A DNA stretch of 61,798 nt, the filler included. It is 4 parts of 4 records of this genome, joined end to end, with 100 filler letters (N's around TTAATTAATTAA, not from the genome) between each part and the next. Parts side by side here need not be neighbours in the genome. Positions count along the whole stretch, not along the records: positions 1 to 21,820 come from SRR20825006_2959; 3 more parts are not named here. One strand, written 5' to 3'. Positions within the stretch are counted from its first letter, which is position 1; each line of letters starts with the position of its first letter. The notes below the pieces were generated by a model that saw only the letters and a list, made by a program, of their open reading frames with translations, was not told the origin of the DNA and did not search any database. Shown here piece after piece: positions 1 to 9,311 of the stretch. The translations under genes were made by a program, and so were the position numbers.

Positions 1-1
1 C

Positions 2-673
2 ATGATCGCGCCCAACATGGCGACCATGCTAGCCTATGTTTTCACCGACGCCGCCATCGCGCCAGACCTGCTGCAAGGTCTGCTGGAAGAGGTAACGAAC
101 CAAACCTTCAACAACATCACGGTGGATGGCGACACGTCGACGTCCGACACGCTGATGGTATTTGCCACCGGCGCCAACGGCATGGCCGAGATCGCCACAC
201 GGGACGATCCCCGTTTCGCCGAATTCGCCGCCGCCTTGAAGCAGGTCTGCCTCGACCTCTCCCACCTCATCGTCAAGGATGGGGAAGGGGCCAGCAAGTT
301 TGTCACCATCACGGTCGAAGGCGCAGTGTCGGAAACCTCCGCAAAGGTGGTCGCCTGTTCGATTGCCAACTCGCCCCTCATAAAAACGGCCATGGCTGCC
401 GGAGACGCCAATTGGGGACGGATCGTGATGGCCGTTGGCAAATCGCTTGAGCCGATAGACATGGACCAGCTCGCCATATGGTTTGATGATGTCCAGGTTG
501 CCTCTGCGGGCGGGCGCATGCCGGACTATAGCGAAGCAGCCGCCGGCGGGGTATTTGCCCAGCCGGAATTCACCATCCGTGTCCACCTCGGCGTGGGCGA
601 GGCGTCTGCCACGGTCTGGACTTGCGACCTGACGCATGGCTATGTCGACATCAACGGAGCCTATCGTACATGA
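2..673 (+). CDS. argJ: Bifunctional ornithine acetyltransferase/N-acetylglutamate synthase (5'-truncated by window)
   Basis: GMIAPNMATML autocleavage motif, DGDTSTSD, DGEGASK, NSPLIKTA, DANWGRI, TCDLTHGYVDINGAYRT. Confidence 0.97.
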   Translation: MIAPNMATMLAYVFTDAAIAPDLLQGLLEEVTNQTFNNITVDGDTSTSDTLMVFATGANGMAEIATRDDPRFAEFAAALKQVCLDLSHLIVKDGEGASKFVTITVEGAVSETSAKVVACSIANSPLIKTAMAAGDANWGRIVMAVGKSLEPIDMDQLAIWFDDVQVASAGGRMPDYSEAAAGGVFAQPEFTIRVHLGVGEASATVWTCDLTHGYVDINGAYRT

Positions 674-1071
674 CGCGTAGAATGGTGCTTGTGGTCGCCG
701 CTGCGCTCTATGATGCCGAAGGCCGTATCCTGCTGGCCCAACGCCCCGCTGGCAAACCGATGGCGGGCCTCTGGGAGTTCCCGGGCGGAAAGGTCGAGAC
801 GGGCGAGACACCGGAGCGGGCGCTGGTGCGGGAATTACAGGAAGAACTCTCCATCATGGTGGACGAGACCTCTCTGAAACCGATCACTTTTGCCAGTCAT
901 GCTTATCCAGATTTTCACCTTTTGATGCCACTGTTCTCAACGGAGAGTTGGGAAGGCGAGCTTTCGCCCAGGGAAGGACAGGCCTTGGCCTGGGTCAGAT
1001 CATCGGACCTTCATCTCTATCCGGCGCCTGCGGCAGACATTCCCCTGTTTGACGTGCTCTCGGGTAACTAG
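670..1071 (+). CDS. mutT: 8-oxo-dGTP diphosphatase (Nudix)
   Basis: Nudix box GGKVETGETPERALVRELQEE; ATG at 670 overlaps the argJ stop (ATGA). Confidence 0.93.
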   Translation: MTRRMVLVVAAALYDAEGRILLAQRPAGKPMAGLWEFPGGKVETGETPERALVRELQEELSIMVDETSLKPITFASHAYPDFHLLMPLFSTESWEGELSPREGQALAWVRSSDLHLYPAPAADIPLFDVLSGN

Positions 1072-1088
1072 ACAGACTCGGAGCGAAC

Positions 1089-1262
1089 ATGATGGCCTCG
1101 AACACAATGATACGCCGCTTCCTGCGTGACGATACGGGCGCAACCGCCGTGGAATACGGACTTCTGGTAGGACTGATCGCCGTTGCGATCATGGGCGGCC
1201 TCGTGGCCGTGGCCACATCCATCAACCAGACATTCACAACCGTTGAAACGGAAATGTCCTGA
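1089..1262 (+). CDS. flp: Flp/Fap type IVb pilin (57 aa, absent from ORF track)
   Basis: Hand translation MMASNTMIRRFLRDDTGATAVEYGLLVGLIAVAIMGGLVAVATSINQTFTTVETEMS; G/ATAVEYGL Flp motif, hydrophobic helix, GGAG upstream. Confidence 0.92.
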   Translation: MMASNTMIRRFLRDDTGATAVEYGLLVGLIAVAIMGGLVAVATSINQTFTTVETEMS

Positions 1263-1293
1263 TCGATCACTCGTCAGGTCTTGCGACCAGACG

Positions 1294-2208
1294 TCAGGAA
1301 GATTTGTGACTTCGTACAGCGTCGGCGAGGCTGACCCTGGCGCTTCCGGGTTTTAGCGGTTTGGGTTGGGAGTCTGCCGGGCTCCAGCCAGACATATGCA
1401 CCACTTCAAATGATGCGCGCACACGCCCGTCTGGATCGCTATGGTCATTTGCGTAGATTTCCATGGCACGCATCAGCACACGGCGCGGCAGGGGCCGCAT
1501 TGTCCCGGCTGCGAATGCCGCCCGCTCGCCCATCCCCTTCAAATCGGCCAGCAAGCCCATCGGTGATCTGTACCGAACCACAACCTGATCGCGATCAACG
1601 ACTGGCAGGGCAAAGCCTGCCCGCTGCATCAGGCTTGCCATATCGCGCAGGCCGGGCAGGGGGGAGACACGTGCCGCGACGCCGCCGGTCAGTTCCGTCT
1701 CCGCCTCCATCAGGCTGGCCCGCAGCTCACTCAGCGTGCCCGCACCGAATAGCGCGCCCAGGAACAAGCCGTCCGGTTTCAGCGCCTGACGGATCTGCAC
1801 CAGCGCACCGGGCAAATCATTCACCCAATGAAGGGACAGGGCCGACACGATCAGGTCCAGGCTGGCCTGTGGAAATGGCAGGCCCTCTTCATCCACCTGC
1901 TCTGCGTTCAGACCGCCGGCCCGGCTGAGCGCCACCATGCCGCTGGATATATCCCCGGCTTCGACAGACCCGACCTGGTCGCTGGCCTGAAGCAGTTTGG
2001 CGAGTTGGCCATCATGTGCGCCGAGATCAAAGGCGCGATCAAAGGAATGAGACGTATCCGCCAACCGGTCCGCGATATCGCTCGACACGCGCGCTTTCAG
2101 GAAGTCATATTCTTTGAAACTGGCTGCGGCCCGGCTGCGATTACGGGCCACCCGTTCGCGGTCGAACAGGCGGGGCGGCGCAGAATTCGGGGGGACCGGA
2201 GAAGGCAT
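1294..2208 (-). CDS. SAM-dependent methyltransferase (BioC/NDUFAF5-like)
   Basis: DLGAHDG motif I, SLHWVNDLPG, AGFALPVVD; start set at ATG 2208 (MPSPVPP..LFDR); usual divergent partner of comF. Confidence 0.9.
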   Translation of the reverse strand: MPSPVPPNSAPPRLFDRERVARNRSRAAASFKEYDFLKARVSSDIADRLADTSHSFDRAFDLGAHDGQLAKLLQASDQVGSVEAGDISSGMVALSRAGGLNAEQVDEEGLPFPQASLDLIVSALSLHWVNDLPGALVQIRQALKPDGLFLGALFGAGTLSELRASLMEAETELTGGVAARVSPLPGLRDMASLMQRAGFALPVVDRDQVVVRYRSPMGLLADLKGMGERAAFAAGTMRPLPRRVLMRAMEIYANDHSDPDGRVRASFEVVHMSGWSPADSQPKPLKPGSARVSLADAVRSHKSS

Positions 2209-2236
2209 GAGCAGCGATATGGACCACCGGGCCCGC

Positions 2237-2977
2237 ATGGCAAAGGGGCTAATGCGCGGCGCGGCTGAATTTCTCTGGCCCCAACGCTCCCTCGTCAGTG
2301 GCCAGCGCGGCGCAGGCAAGGGGCCGCTCTCGCCGTCCGAATTCGCCGCCATCGGATTCCTTTCCGATCCTGTCTGCGAATGCTGTGGCCGGCCAATGGA
2401 GCTGGACCTTGGGCCAGGGGCGCAATGTGCGCCCTGTATCGCCCGCCCGCCGCGTTGGGACCGGGCCCGCGCGGCGCTCGTCTATGAGGCCGCCAGTCGC
2501 CGCATCGTGCTTGACCTCAAACGATCCGGCCGCCGGGACGGGCTGCATGTCATGACCGGCTGGATGCACCGGGCGGGGGGGCAACTGGTCGCCGAAGCCG
2601 ATCTGATCGTGCCCGTGCCGCTGCACTATACGCGCCTTGTCAGTCGAGGCTTCAACCAGTCAGCCTGGCTGGCACAGGGTATTGCCCGCCGTGCCGGCCT
2701 GTCCTGCCGCGTCGATGTCCTGAAACGCCGCCGCCGCACGCCCACTCAGGGTGGGCTCAGCGCGAAGGCTCGCCGTCGCAATGTGGCGGGGGCATTCAAA
2801 GTCTCTGACCGCGCTGCAACCCATGTGCACGACAAGCGTATCCTGCTGGTGGATGATGTCCTGACGACGGGTGCGACCCTGTCGGCCTGCACGCGTGCCC
2901 TGAAACAGGCAGGCGCGCGACAAGTCGACGTGCTGGTGCTTGCGCGCGTTGTGCGGGAAACGGATGTCACCATATAA
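2237..2977 (+). CDS. comF: ComF family protein (zinc ribbon + PRTase)
   Basis: CECC...CAPC, VPVPLH, RGFNQS, LLVDDVLTTGAT; start uncertain (2207/2219/2237/2252). Confidence 0.9.
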   Translation: MAKGLMRGAAEFLWPQRSLVSGQRGAGKGPLSPSEFAAIGFLSDPVCECCGRPMELDLGPGAQCAPCIARPPRWDRARAALVYEAASRRIVLDLKRSGRRDGLHVMTGWMHRAGGQLVAEADLIVPVPLHYTRLVSRGFNQSAWLAQGIARRAGLSCRVDVLKRRRRTPTQGGLSAKARRRNVAGAFKVSDRAATHVHDKRILLVDDVLTTGATLSACTRALKQAGARQVDVLVLARVVRETDVTI

Positions 2978-3007
2978 AACCGGAAGAAACTATTCAGGAG
3001 CCCCTCA

Positions 3008-3265
3008 ATGGCTGATGTCACAATCTATACGCGCCAGTTCTGTCCTTACTGCACGCGCGCTGTCTCCCTGCTGAAATCCAAGAACGTCAATTTCAATGAA
3101 ATCGACGCCGGAATGGATGCGCAGAAAAAAGCCGAAATGGTCGAACGGTCTGGGGGCGGTCGCACCTTCCCGCAGATTTTTATCGGCGACAAACATGTCG
3201 GCGGCTGCGATGACATGATGGCACTTGAAAGGTCCGGGAAGCTGGATTCCCTGCTCGGCGCATAA
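3008..3265 (+). CDS. grxC: Glutaredoxin 3
   Basis: CPYC, TFPQIFI, GGCDD. Confidence 0.96.
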   Translation: MADVTIYTRQFCPYCTRAVSLLKSKNVNFNEIDAGMDAQKKAEMVERSGGGRTFPQIFIGDKHVGGCDDMMALERSGKLDSLLGA

Positions 3266-3277
3266 TCTGGGGCAGCC

Positions 3278-3718
3278 ATGATCCGTTACGCGCTCATTTG
3301 TTCTGATTGCGACCATGACTTCGAGGCATGGTTTGCGTCGTCTTCGGCGTTTGACGACCAGTCCAGCCGGGGCCTTGTCAGCTGCGCGATGTGCGGCGGC
3401 GAGAATGTGGTCAAACAGATCATGGCGCCGTCTGTGCGCACATCCGACGGTCGCAAGGCCGCGCCGGATGAGGCGGCGATGGCGCGGGAATTTCTTGCGA
3501 AGGCACGCGACCATGTCTCGCGTAACTTCGACTATGTCGGCGACAGCTTCGCAGACGAGGCGCGTTCGATGTTCTATGGCGAGACCGACAACCGGCCGAT
3601 CTGGGGCGAAACCTCTGCCGAAGAATCCGAAGCCCTGCGTGAAGAGGGTATCCCCGCAGCGCCCTTGCCACGGGCAATGACGCCCAAGCGGCCCAAATCG
3701 AACAAGCAACTAAACTGA
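3278..3718 (+). CDS. DUF1178 family protein
   Basis: MIRYALIC..HDFEAWF.SS..FD.Q, KQIMAP, DYVG..FA.EAR..YGE; typical position after grxC. Confidence 0.9.
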   Translation: MIRYALICSDCDHDFEAWFASSSAFDDQSSRGLVSCAMCGGENVVKQIMAPSVRTSDGRKAAPDEAAMAREFLAKARDHVSRNFDYVGDSFADEARSMFYGETDNRPIWGETSAEESEALREEGIPAAPLPRAMTPKRPKSNKQLN

Positions 3719-3801
3719 ACTGGAGCGCTTTGACGCGCTTGACCCTGCTTCGCCCTGATATATTACGCAGGTCACAAGGTTTTTGACGGGGAGTGCCCTA
3801 A

Positions 3802-4104
3802 ATGGCTGCCAGTGAATATCATCGTGGAGACATGGACATCAGCGCCCAGAAGGCGACTTGGGATGGTTTCATGGTGGGAAGCATCTGGGGCAGCCTGCTC
3901 ATCATCCTGACCGTCGGCTATGCAACGCTCGCCGTTGCCATTGGCATGAACTGGATGATTGCCCTCGGCCTGATGACCGTATTCGGCATTGTCTCCGGCC
4001 TGGTCATGAATTTGGGTGGCCGCTGGATGGCCACTGTCGTGCTGATGGTGGTGCTGGCCTTGGTCGTCCAGCTGTTCATCGCACTGTTCGGACTCGTCCT
4101 TTAG
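3802..4104 (+). CDS. aa3-type cytochrome c oxidase subunit IV-like membrane protein
   Basis: N-terminal H-x-G-D-M-D-I-S-A-Q-K-A-T-W-D-G-F motif, then hydrophobic helices. Confidence 0.75.
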   Translation: MAASEYHRGDMDISAQKATWDGFMVGSIWGSLLIILTVGYATLAVAIGMNWMIALGLMTVFGIVSGLVMNLGGRWMATVVLMVVLALVVQLFIALFGLVL

Positions 4105-4109
4105 AACAC

Positions 4110-4370
4110 TCAGACCGACAGGTTTTCCGGTTCCTTGCAATCGGCGCATGTCGCGATGGCCGGATCAGCCTTGAGCCGTGTCAGCGGGATTCTGGCGTCA
4201 CATCCTGTGCATAGGCCATAGCGCCCCGCTTCCATGCGGGCGAGGGCGGATTCGATCCGGGCCAACTGTTCTGCGTATTTCTCAAGGGAACCAGGCGGGC
4301 GCCGGATTCCGTCAGCACCTGCATCTTTTGTCAGGCGATCCAGTCCTGAAAGGGGAGGCATCGTCTTCAT
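4110..4370 (-). CDS. TraR/DksA C4-type zinc-finger protein
   Basis: ALARMEAGRYGLCTGC..IP..RL.A.P....CADC; start uncertain. Confidence 0.8.
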   Translation of the reverse strand: MKTMPPLSGLDRLTKDAGADGIRRPPGSLEKYAEQLARIESALARMEAGRYGLCTGCDARIPLTRLKADPAIATCADCKEPENLSV

Positions 4371-4482
4371 CTGGAATGATGCTGCGACTCCTTTAAGGGC
4401 TTGGCAAGGCGTTTCGGGCGATTGAGGGTAATCCATATCGACAAACACTAACGACCTGACGTCGATTGCCTACAAGGACGCC

Positions 4483-5454
4483 ATGCCGATGCCCTCATCG
4501 CCCCTGATCATGACCTCTGTCACCAAGCGGTTTGGGACATTTACCGCCGTGGACAACCTGTCCCTTGAAGTGCCGGACGGCCAGATCATCGGCTTTCTCG
4601 GCCCGAACGGCGCTGGCAAATCGACCAGCTTGCGCATGGGACTCGGGATCATGGAGCCGGATTCAGGCGAGGTGGAACTGTTCGGTGCGCGGCCGAATGT
4701 CCGCGCGCTTCAGCAGGTCGGCTTCCTCCCGGAAGAGCGCGGCCTGTACAAGAAGATGACCGCGCGCGACACGATCAGCCATTTTGCGCGACTGAAGGGC
4801 CTGTCAGCGCATGATGCACGGACGCGCGCTGACGAACTGCTCAGCGCGGCGGGCCTTGAGGAATTCAGCCGCGCGCGCATCTCGAAATTGTCCAAGGGCA
4901 TGGCCCAGAAGGTCCAGATCCTGTCCACGCTGGCGCACCGGCCCAAATTCCTGATCCTGGATGAGCCCTTTTCAGGCCTTGATCCGGTCAACCAGCAAGC
5001 CCTTGAAGATCTTGTCCGTGCCGAGCATGCACGCGGCGCGACCATCCTGTTCTCCACCCATGTCATGGAACATGCCGAACGCCTCTGCGACCGCATCGTG
5101 ATGATGGCGCGGGGGCGCAAGGTTCTGGACGGAACGCTGAAGGAGGCCTTTGCCACGCTGGGGCAGGGGGCACGGATTTCCGTCGAGAACGGGTTTGATC
5201 TGTCGAGCGCACTCGGCCCGAAAGGGTTCGAGGCGGTCCGCACGACAGATGCCGGACATGGCGAGACCTGGCGGATCGATCTGCCGCCGGGCCGGGAGGC
5301 GCAGGACGCCTTGCGCGCCGCAATTGAGGCCGGCGCACCGATTACCGGCTTTGCGCCCGAAGAGGCCCGCCTGCGCGACGTGTTCGTGTCGCTGGTGGGC
5401 GAGGCAGATGCAGCCGCTCTGGCCGCATCGCTTGCAGAAGATGAGGCCGCCTGA
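4483..5454 (+). CDS. ABC-2 type exporter ATP-binding subunit
   Basis: Walker A GPNGAGKS, LSKGMAQK signature, LILDEPFSGLD. Confidence 0.93.
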   Translation: MPMPSSPLIMTSVTKRFGTFTAVDNLSLEVPDGQIIGFLGPNGAGKSTSLRMGLGIMEPDSGEVELFGARPNVRALQQVGFLPEERGLYKKMTARDTISHFARLKGLSAHDARTRADELLSAAGLEEFSRARISKLSKGMAQKVQILSTLAHRPKFLILDEPFSGLDPVNQQALEDLVRAEHARGATILFSTHVMEHAERLCDRIVMMARGRKVLDGTLKEAFATLGQGARISVENGFDLSSALGPKGFEAVRTTDAGHGETWRIDLPPGREAQDALRAAIEAGAPITGFAPEEARLRDVFVSLVGEADAAALAASLAEDEAA

Positions 5455-6860
5455 TGCGCAACATATTGCTGATCTTTCGCCGGGACTATCTTGGCTATGT
5501 AAAGGCCTGGGGCTTCTGGCTGAGCCTGGCGGCTGTGCCGCTCTTCATGATCATCGGTGCGGCGCTCGCCAGTTTTGCGGCGCAATCCTCGCCGGTGCGC
5601 TACTATGCCGTCATCGAGCCGGGCGGCATCTATGCCGAGGCGATCGAAGCCGAGTTCCAGCGCCGGGAGGCGGCCAATGCGGAACGTACAAGCGAACTTG
5701 CCGAACAGCTGGACCTGCCCGTCATGAGCGAGGATGAAGCCCGCGCCGCCGCCGAAGGAGCCAGCATTGCCAGCCGGAAATTCATCCCGGTGCCTGCGCC
5801 CGCAGATTCCATTGACGGATTGCGGCCCTATCTGCTCGGCGAAAAACTGGTCTCCGGTCCGCTCGGCGACAAGCCGCTCTTTGCGGCCTTTGTGCTGGCC
5901 AAAGATGGCGGCGAGCTCGAATACTGGAGCGATGACGTCAATGTCGACCAGCTGCGCTATCTCGCCCAGGATGCCATGCTGCGCCTTGCCCGCCGCGATG
6001 CGCTCAACGAAGCCGGGCTTGGCGAAGACTTCCTGCAGAACGTGGATGATGCGGCCTTTGACGTGCCGGCACGCCGTATCCGCACGATCGAGGAACAGGA
6101 TGCCACCGGCGCCGAAGTGACGATGGCCGACCGCGCGCCCATGTTCGTCGCGGGCGGGCTCGCCTATTTCCTCTGGCTGATGGTGTTCTCGATCATCCAG
6201 TACTTGTTGATGGGCACGATTGAGGAGCGCTCGAACAAGATTTTCGACACGCTGCTGACCTCGGTAAAGCTGCCGGAATTGCTGGCGGGCAAGATGCTCG
6301 CCGTGTTCGCGGTCACCTCCACCATGATGCTGTCCTGGGGCCTGTTTGCCTTTGCGGGCGGCACATTGGTCGCGACACAGATTCCGGGTGTTGGCAGCAT
6401 TATCGAGCCATTCCTGGCGACGCTTGCCAATCCGGCCATCATCGTGCCGGGCCTGATCAGCTTCATTCTCGGCTATATCATGTACGGCATGATCTTCATG
6501 GCGCTCGGCTCGCTCTGCGATACGATTCAGGAAGCGCAGACCCTGCTCAGCCCAATGATGATCCTGCTCATGCTGCCCATGTTCGCGATTTTCATCGCCT
6601 TTCAGGATCCCGGATCGCCATTGGTCGACATCGCCTCATGGATCCCGTTCTTCACGCCCTTCCTGCTGATCCTGCGCATGCCGCATGATCCGCCGCTCTG
6701 GGAAGTGCTCGCCCAGATGGGCCTGATGGCCGGGTTCGCGCTGCTGATCCTGTGGCTGTCCACCAAGGTCTACCGCGCAGGCGCCGTGCACGGCGCCGGC
6801 ATCGGCGACATGGGCGGCATGCTCAAGCGGATGGTCGGCCTGAAAGGGAAGGCGGTTTAG
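5454..6860 (+). CDS. ABC-2 type exporter permease (NatB/YhaP-like)
   Basis: N-terminal TM, large soluble loop, IEERSNKIFDTLLTSV motif, C-terminal TM bundle; TGATG coupling to the ATPase. Confidence 0.9.
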   Translation: MRNILLIFRRDYLGYVKAWGFWLSLAAVPLFMIIGAALASFAAQSSPVRYYAVIEPGGIYAEAIEAEFQRREAANAERTSELAEQLDLPVMSEDEARAAAEGASIASRKFIPVPAPADSIDGLRPYLLGEKLVSGPLGDKPLFAAFVLAKDGGELEYWSDDVNVDQLRYLAQDAMLRLARRDALNEAGLGEDFLQNVDDAAFDVPARRIRTIEEQDATGAEVTMADRAPMFVAGGLAYFLWLMVFSIIQYLLMGTIEERSNKIFDTLLTSVKLPELLAGKMLAVFAVTSTMMLSWGLFAFAGGTLVATQIPGVGSIIEPFLATLANPAIIVPGLISFILGYIMYGMIFMALGSLCDTIQEAQTLLSPMMILLMLPMFAIFIAFQDPGSPLVDIASWIPFFTPFLLILRMPHDPPLWEVLAQMGLMAGFALLILWLSTKVYRAGAVHGAGIGDMGGMLKRMVGLKGKAV

Positions 6861-6930
6861 GGCGAAGCATTGGTGCGGCAGGTTGCATGATGAGAGTTCA
6901 AGCCGCAGGACGAGTATTCACATCGCATCT

Positions 6931-7152
6931 CTATAGAGCGGTGACAGAGCGGATTGCTTTTCCAATGAAGTGGTCGGCAATCGGCAAAAGCATCAGACCA
7001 CCCACCAGACCTATGCCAATCATATACCACCGATATGGCTTAAGACTGTCAAAAGTGAAGAACGTCAGAAACCCAATAGCCGCGACGACATAGGCCGCCA
7101 AATCGAGTAAGACAAATAAAAGAGCCGCCAACATCCAGAGAAGTACAGCCAT
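6931..7152 (-). CDS. Small hydrophobic membrane protein, unknown function
   Basis: 73 aa with 2-3 predicted TM segments; GGGGGA before ATG; region looks AT-richer than flanks. Confidence 0.55.
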   Translation of the reverse strand: MAVLLWMLAALLFVLLDLAAYVVAAIGFLTFFTFDSLKPYRWYMIGIGLVGGLMLLPIADHFIGKAIRSVTAL

Positions 7153-7365
7153 GGTTCCCCCAAAACTTGTTGACCCGTTTCTCCTCGCTCGGAGAGAGTG
7201 GTTCCGGCAATTGCTGAGTACCTGAATAGAGTCTTTCGCGATTGAAGCAACCTGATCAGGGCGATTTCAATCACTCGCTAACGTACGGATTGGCACCGAA
7301 AACGGCTCTTCCAATAGAAAAAGCCCCGACTGCTTGAATCTCTGTGACTGTCGGCGCAGCGCGCT

Positions 7366-8196
7366 TTAGCTTTTTACCGCAATCATCTCGACAGGTGCGA
7401 TGAGGCCTGCGGCGATATTTGCCTCCATGTTTCCTACCTTCTCGGCTGTGCTGTGCTGCATCAATGTGTGAAGCCCGAGCGGTGGCGGACCGCCACGGGT
7501 CGCGTTGGCTTCCCGGATCTTGCGGAAGAAATCCAGTGCGAAAGCACCCCGGTTGTTCTCAGTCAGACACTCAAACCCGGCTGCCTCAAGCGCTTTCCTG
7601 TAGCCTTCCGGCCCGGTGAGCCAGCTCGTGTCGCGACTGCCGGCCCATGGCACTGGATAGGCAAGGTCACCCTCGCCCGTGCGCATGATATCGTAAATGC
7701 CGAACCGCGCACCTGAGTCCAAGACACGGTGAACCTCGGCAAACAGGGCCTCCTTGGCGTCGATATTCATGCCGACATGCATCATGTAGGCACGCTGGAA
7801 TTCGCGATCAGGAAAGGGCATGGACAATGCGCTGCCTTGCCTCAGAGACACCCGGTCGGACAGTCCCACCCAATCGCACAGCACCTGACCCGTCTCCACA
7901 TATTCCGGTGTGAGGTCAATGCCTGTGACCTGAGCCTCATAAGTGGCCGCCGCAAACCGCGCCCCACCGCCAAGGCCGCACCCGACATCCAGCACTGTCA
8001 TGCCTGCATTGATATCAAGCTGGTCGAGAAAGTGCTTGCTGGCGATGCGGCCACCAATATGAAATTCGTCAACCGGTCCCAAGTCGTCGACCGTGACCCT
8101 GTTTGGACCCAGTCCAAGATTCGACAGGCCGTCCTCGATTGCCTGCAGCAAATCGCCGTGGCGATAGTGCGCAGCAATCTGTTCATTGATGGTCAT
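7366..8196 (-). CDS. Class I SAM-dependent methyltransferase (sarcosine/dimethylglycine N-MTase-like)
   Basis: DEFHIGGR, VLDVGCGLGG, GIDLT, HVGMNI. Confidence 0.88.
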   Translation of the reverse strand: MTINEQIAAHYRHGDLLQAIEDGLSNLGLGPNRVTVDDLGPVDEFHIGGRIASKHFLDQLDINAGMTVLDVGCGLGGGARFAAATYEAQVTGIDLTPEYVETGQVLCDWVGLSDRVSLRQGSALSMPFPDREFQRAYMMHVGMNIDAKEALFAEVHRVLDSGARFGIYDIMRTGEGDLAYPVPWAGSRDTSWLTGPEGYRKALEAAGFECLTENNRGAFALDFFRKIREANATRGGPPPLGLHTLMQHSTAEKVGNMEANIAAGLIAPVEMIAVKS

Positions 8197-8270
8197 GTGC
8201 GTGCCTGACTGTCAGCTTGCCGATGGCGATGATCTTGATCGCGACCACGCTCCAAATCAACTCCAAAAGC

Positions 8271-8305
8271 AAAAAGCCCCGCCAGCGCGAACTGGCAGGG
8301 CTTTT
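8271..8305 (-). terminator. Intrinsic terminator after rpsU (likely bidirectional)
   Basis: AAAAAGCCCCGCCAG-CGCGAA-CTGGCAGGGCTTTT hairpin with T-tracts on both strands. Confidence 0.85.
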
Positions 8306-8332
8306 ATGGAAACCGGTAATCCGGAGAGGCGT

Positions 8333-8542
8333 CTATACGATGCCTTCGCGCTGGGCGCGCTTGCGAGCCAGCTTGCGGGCGCGGCGAACCGCTTCAGCGC
8401 GCTGACGAGCTTTCTTCTCGGATGGCTTTTCGAAGTACTGACGGGCCTTCATTTCCCGGAACAGGCCTTCGCGCTGCATTTTCTTCTTCAGCGCGCGCAG
8501 AGCTTGCTCGACATTGTTATCGCGGACGACGATCTGTACGAT
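8333..8542 (-). CDS. rpsU: 30S ribosomal protein S21, probable non-canonical ATC start
   Basis: [36 protein letters not shown]7-ATC GTA CAG with no in-frame ATG/GTG near the homology start. Confidence 0.95.
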   Translation of the reverse strand: MVQIVVRDNNVEQALRALKKKMQREGLFREMKARQYFEKPSEKKARQRAEAVRRARKLARKRAQREGIV

Positions 8543-8669
8543 TGTTCTTCTCCATTCGTTAGGGGCGTCGCCCCGATTCAATTCGGTTGAGGCCTACAGA
8601 CCTCGGAAGCGGGGCCTATATCACGGCTCTGGCCGATTGGCCAAGCCCCTAAAGCCATCAGGTTCAGTT

Positions 8670-9305
8670 ATGACACAAACACCGTCCGAAGTCCTCAGGT
8701 TCCGCTGGCTGGACGCAATGCTGCCGGATGTCCCCTTTGATGGCTGGACAGAGACCACAGCGGCCAGGGCCGCGAAACAGGCAGGCCTCAGCGAGGGCGA
8801 ACAGGCGCTGGCGGCGCCAAATGGCGTACCCGACCTGATTGACGCTTTCTTTGACCGGGCGGGGCAGGCGGCTCGCGAGGCGCTTGCGGATCAGGATATA
8901 TCGGCCCTCAAGACGCCCGCGCGCGTAAAGGCGGGTGTTCTGGCATGGCTTGCTGCGCTGGAGCCGAACCGGGAAGCGGTCCGCCGCGCCGCCGTTCGGG
9001 GCCTGCTGCCCTGGGGCGCGGCCTCTGCGGTCCAGCGGACCTGGCGCATCGCAGACATGGTCTGGGACGAGGCGGGCGATACATCAGAGGATTACAATCG
9101 CTATTCCAAGCGCGGCCTGCTGGCGGCGGTGATCCCGCCGATCATCATGTACTGGCTCGACCAGCCGTCGGATGAACAGCTCGATACCTATATCGACCGG
9201 CGTCTCAGCCTTGCCTCGGGCATCGGCCGGAATCTCGGGCGAATTGCCAAGCCATTGCTTGACGTATTGCCGGTCTCGCGGCCCAATGGGTCCACGAAGG
9301 CGTAG
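8670..9305 (+). CDS. COQ9 family protein (rpsU-divergently transcribed)
   Basis: VPFDGWT, W..AGDTSEDYNRYSKRGLL; divergent from rpsU. Confidence 0.9.
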   Translation: MTQTPSEVLRFRWLDAMLPDVPFDGWTETTAARAAKQAGLSEGEQALAAPNGVPDLIDAFFDRAGQAAREALADQDISALKTPARVKAGVLAWLAALEPNREAVRRAAVRGLLPWGAASAVQRTWRIADMVWDEAGDTSEDYNRYSKRGLLAAVIPPIIMYWLDQPSDEQLDTYIDRRLSLASGIGRNLGRIAKPLLDVLPVSRPNGSTKA

Positions 9306-9311
9306 GTTAAT

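Noticed and set aside
2114-2352. Large head-to-head overlap of the MTase and comF in the ORF track
   Set aside because: Artefact of longest-ORF starts; downstream ATGs (2208 and about 2237) remove the overlap
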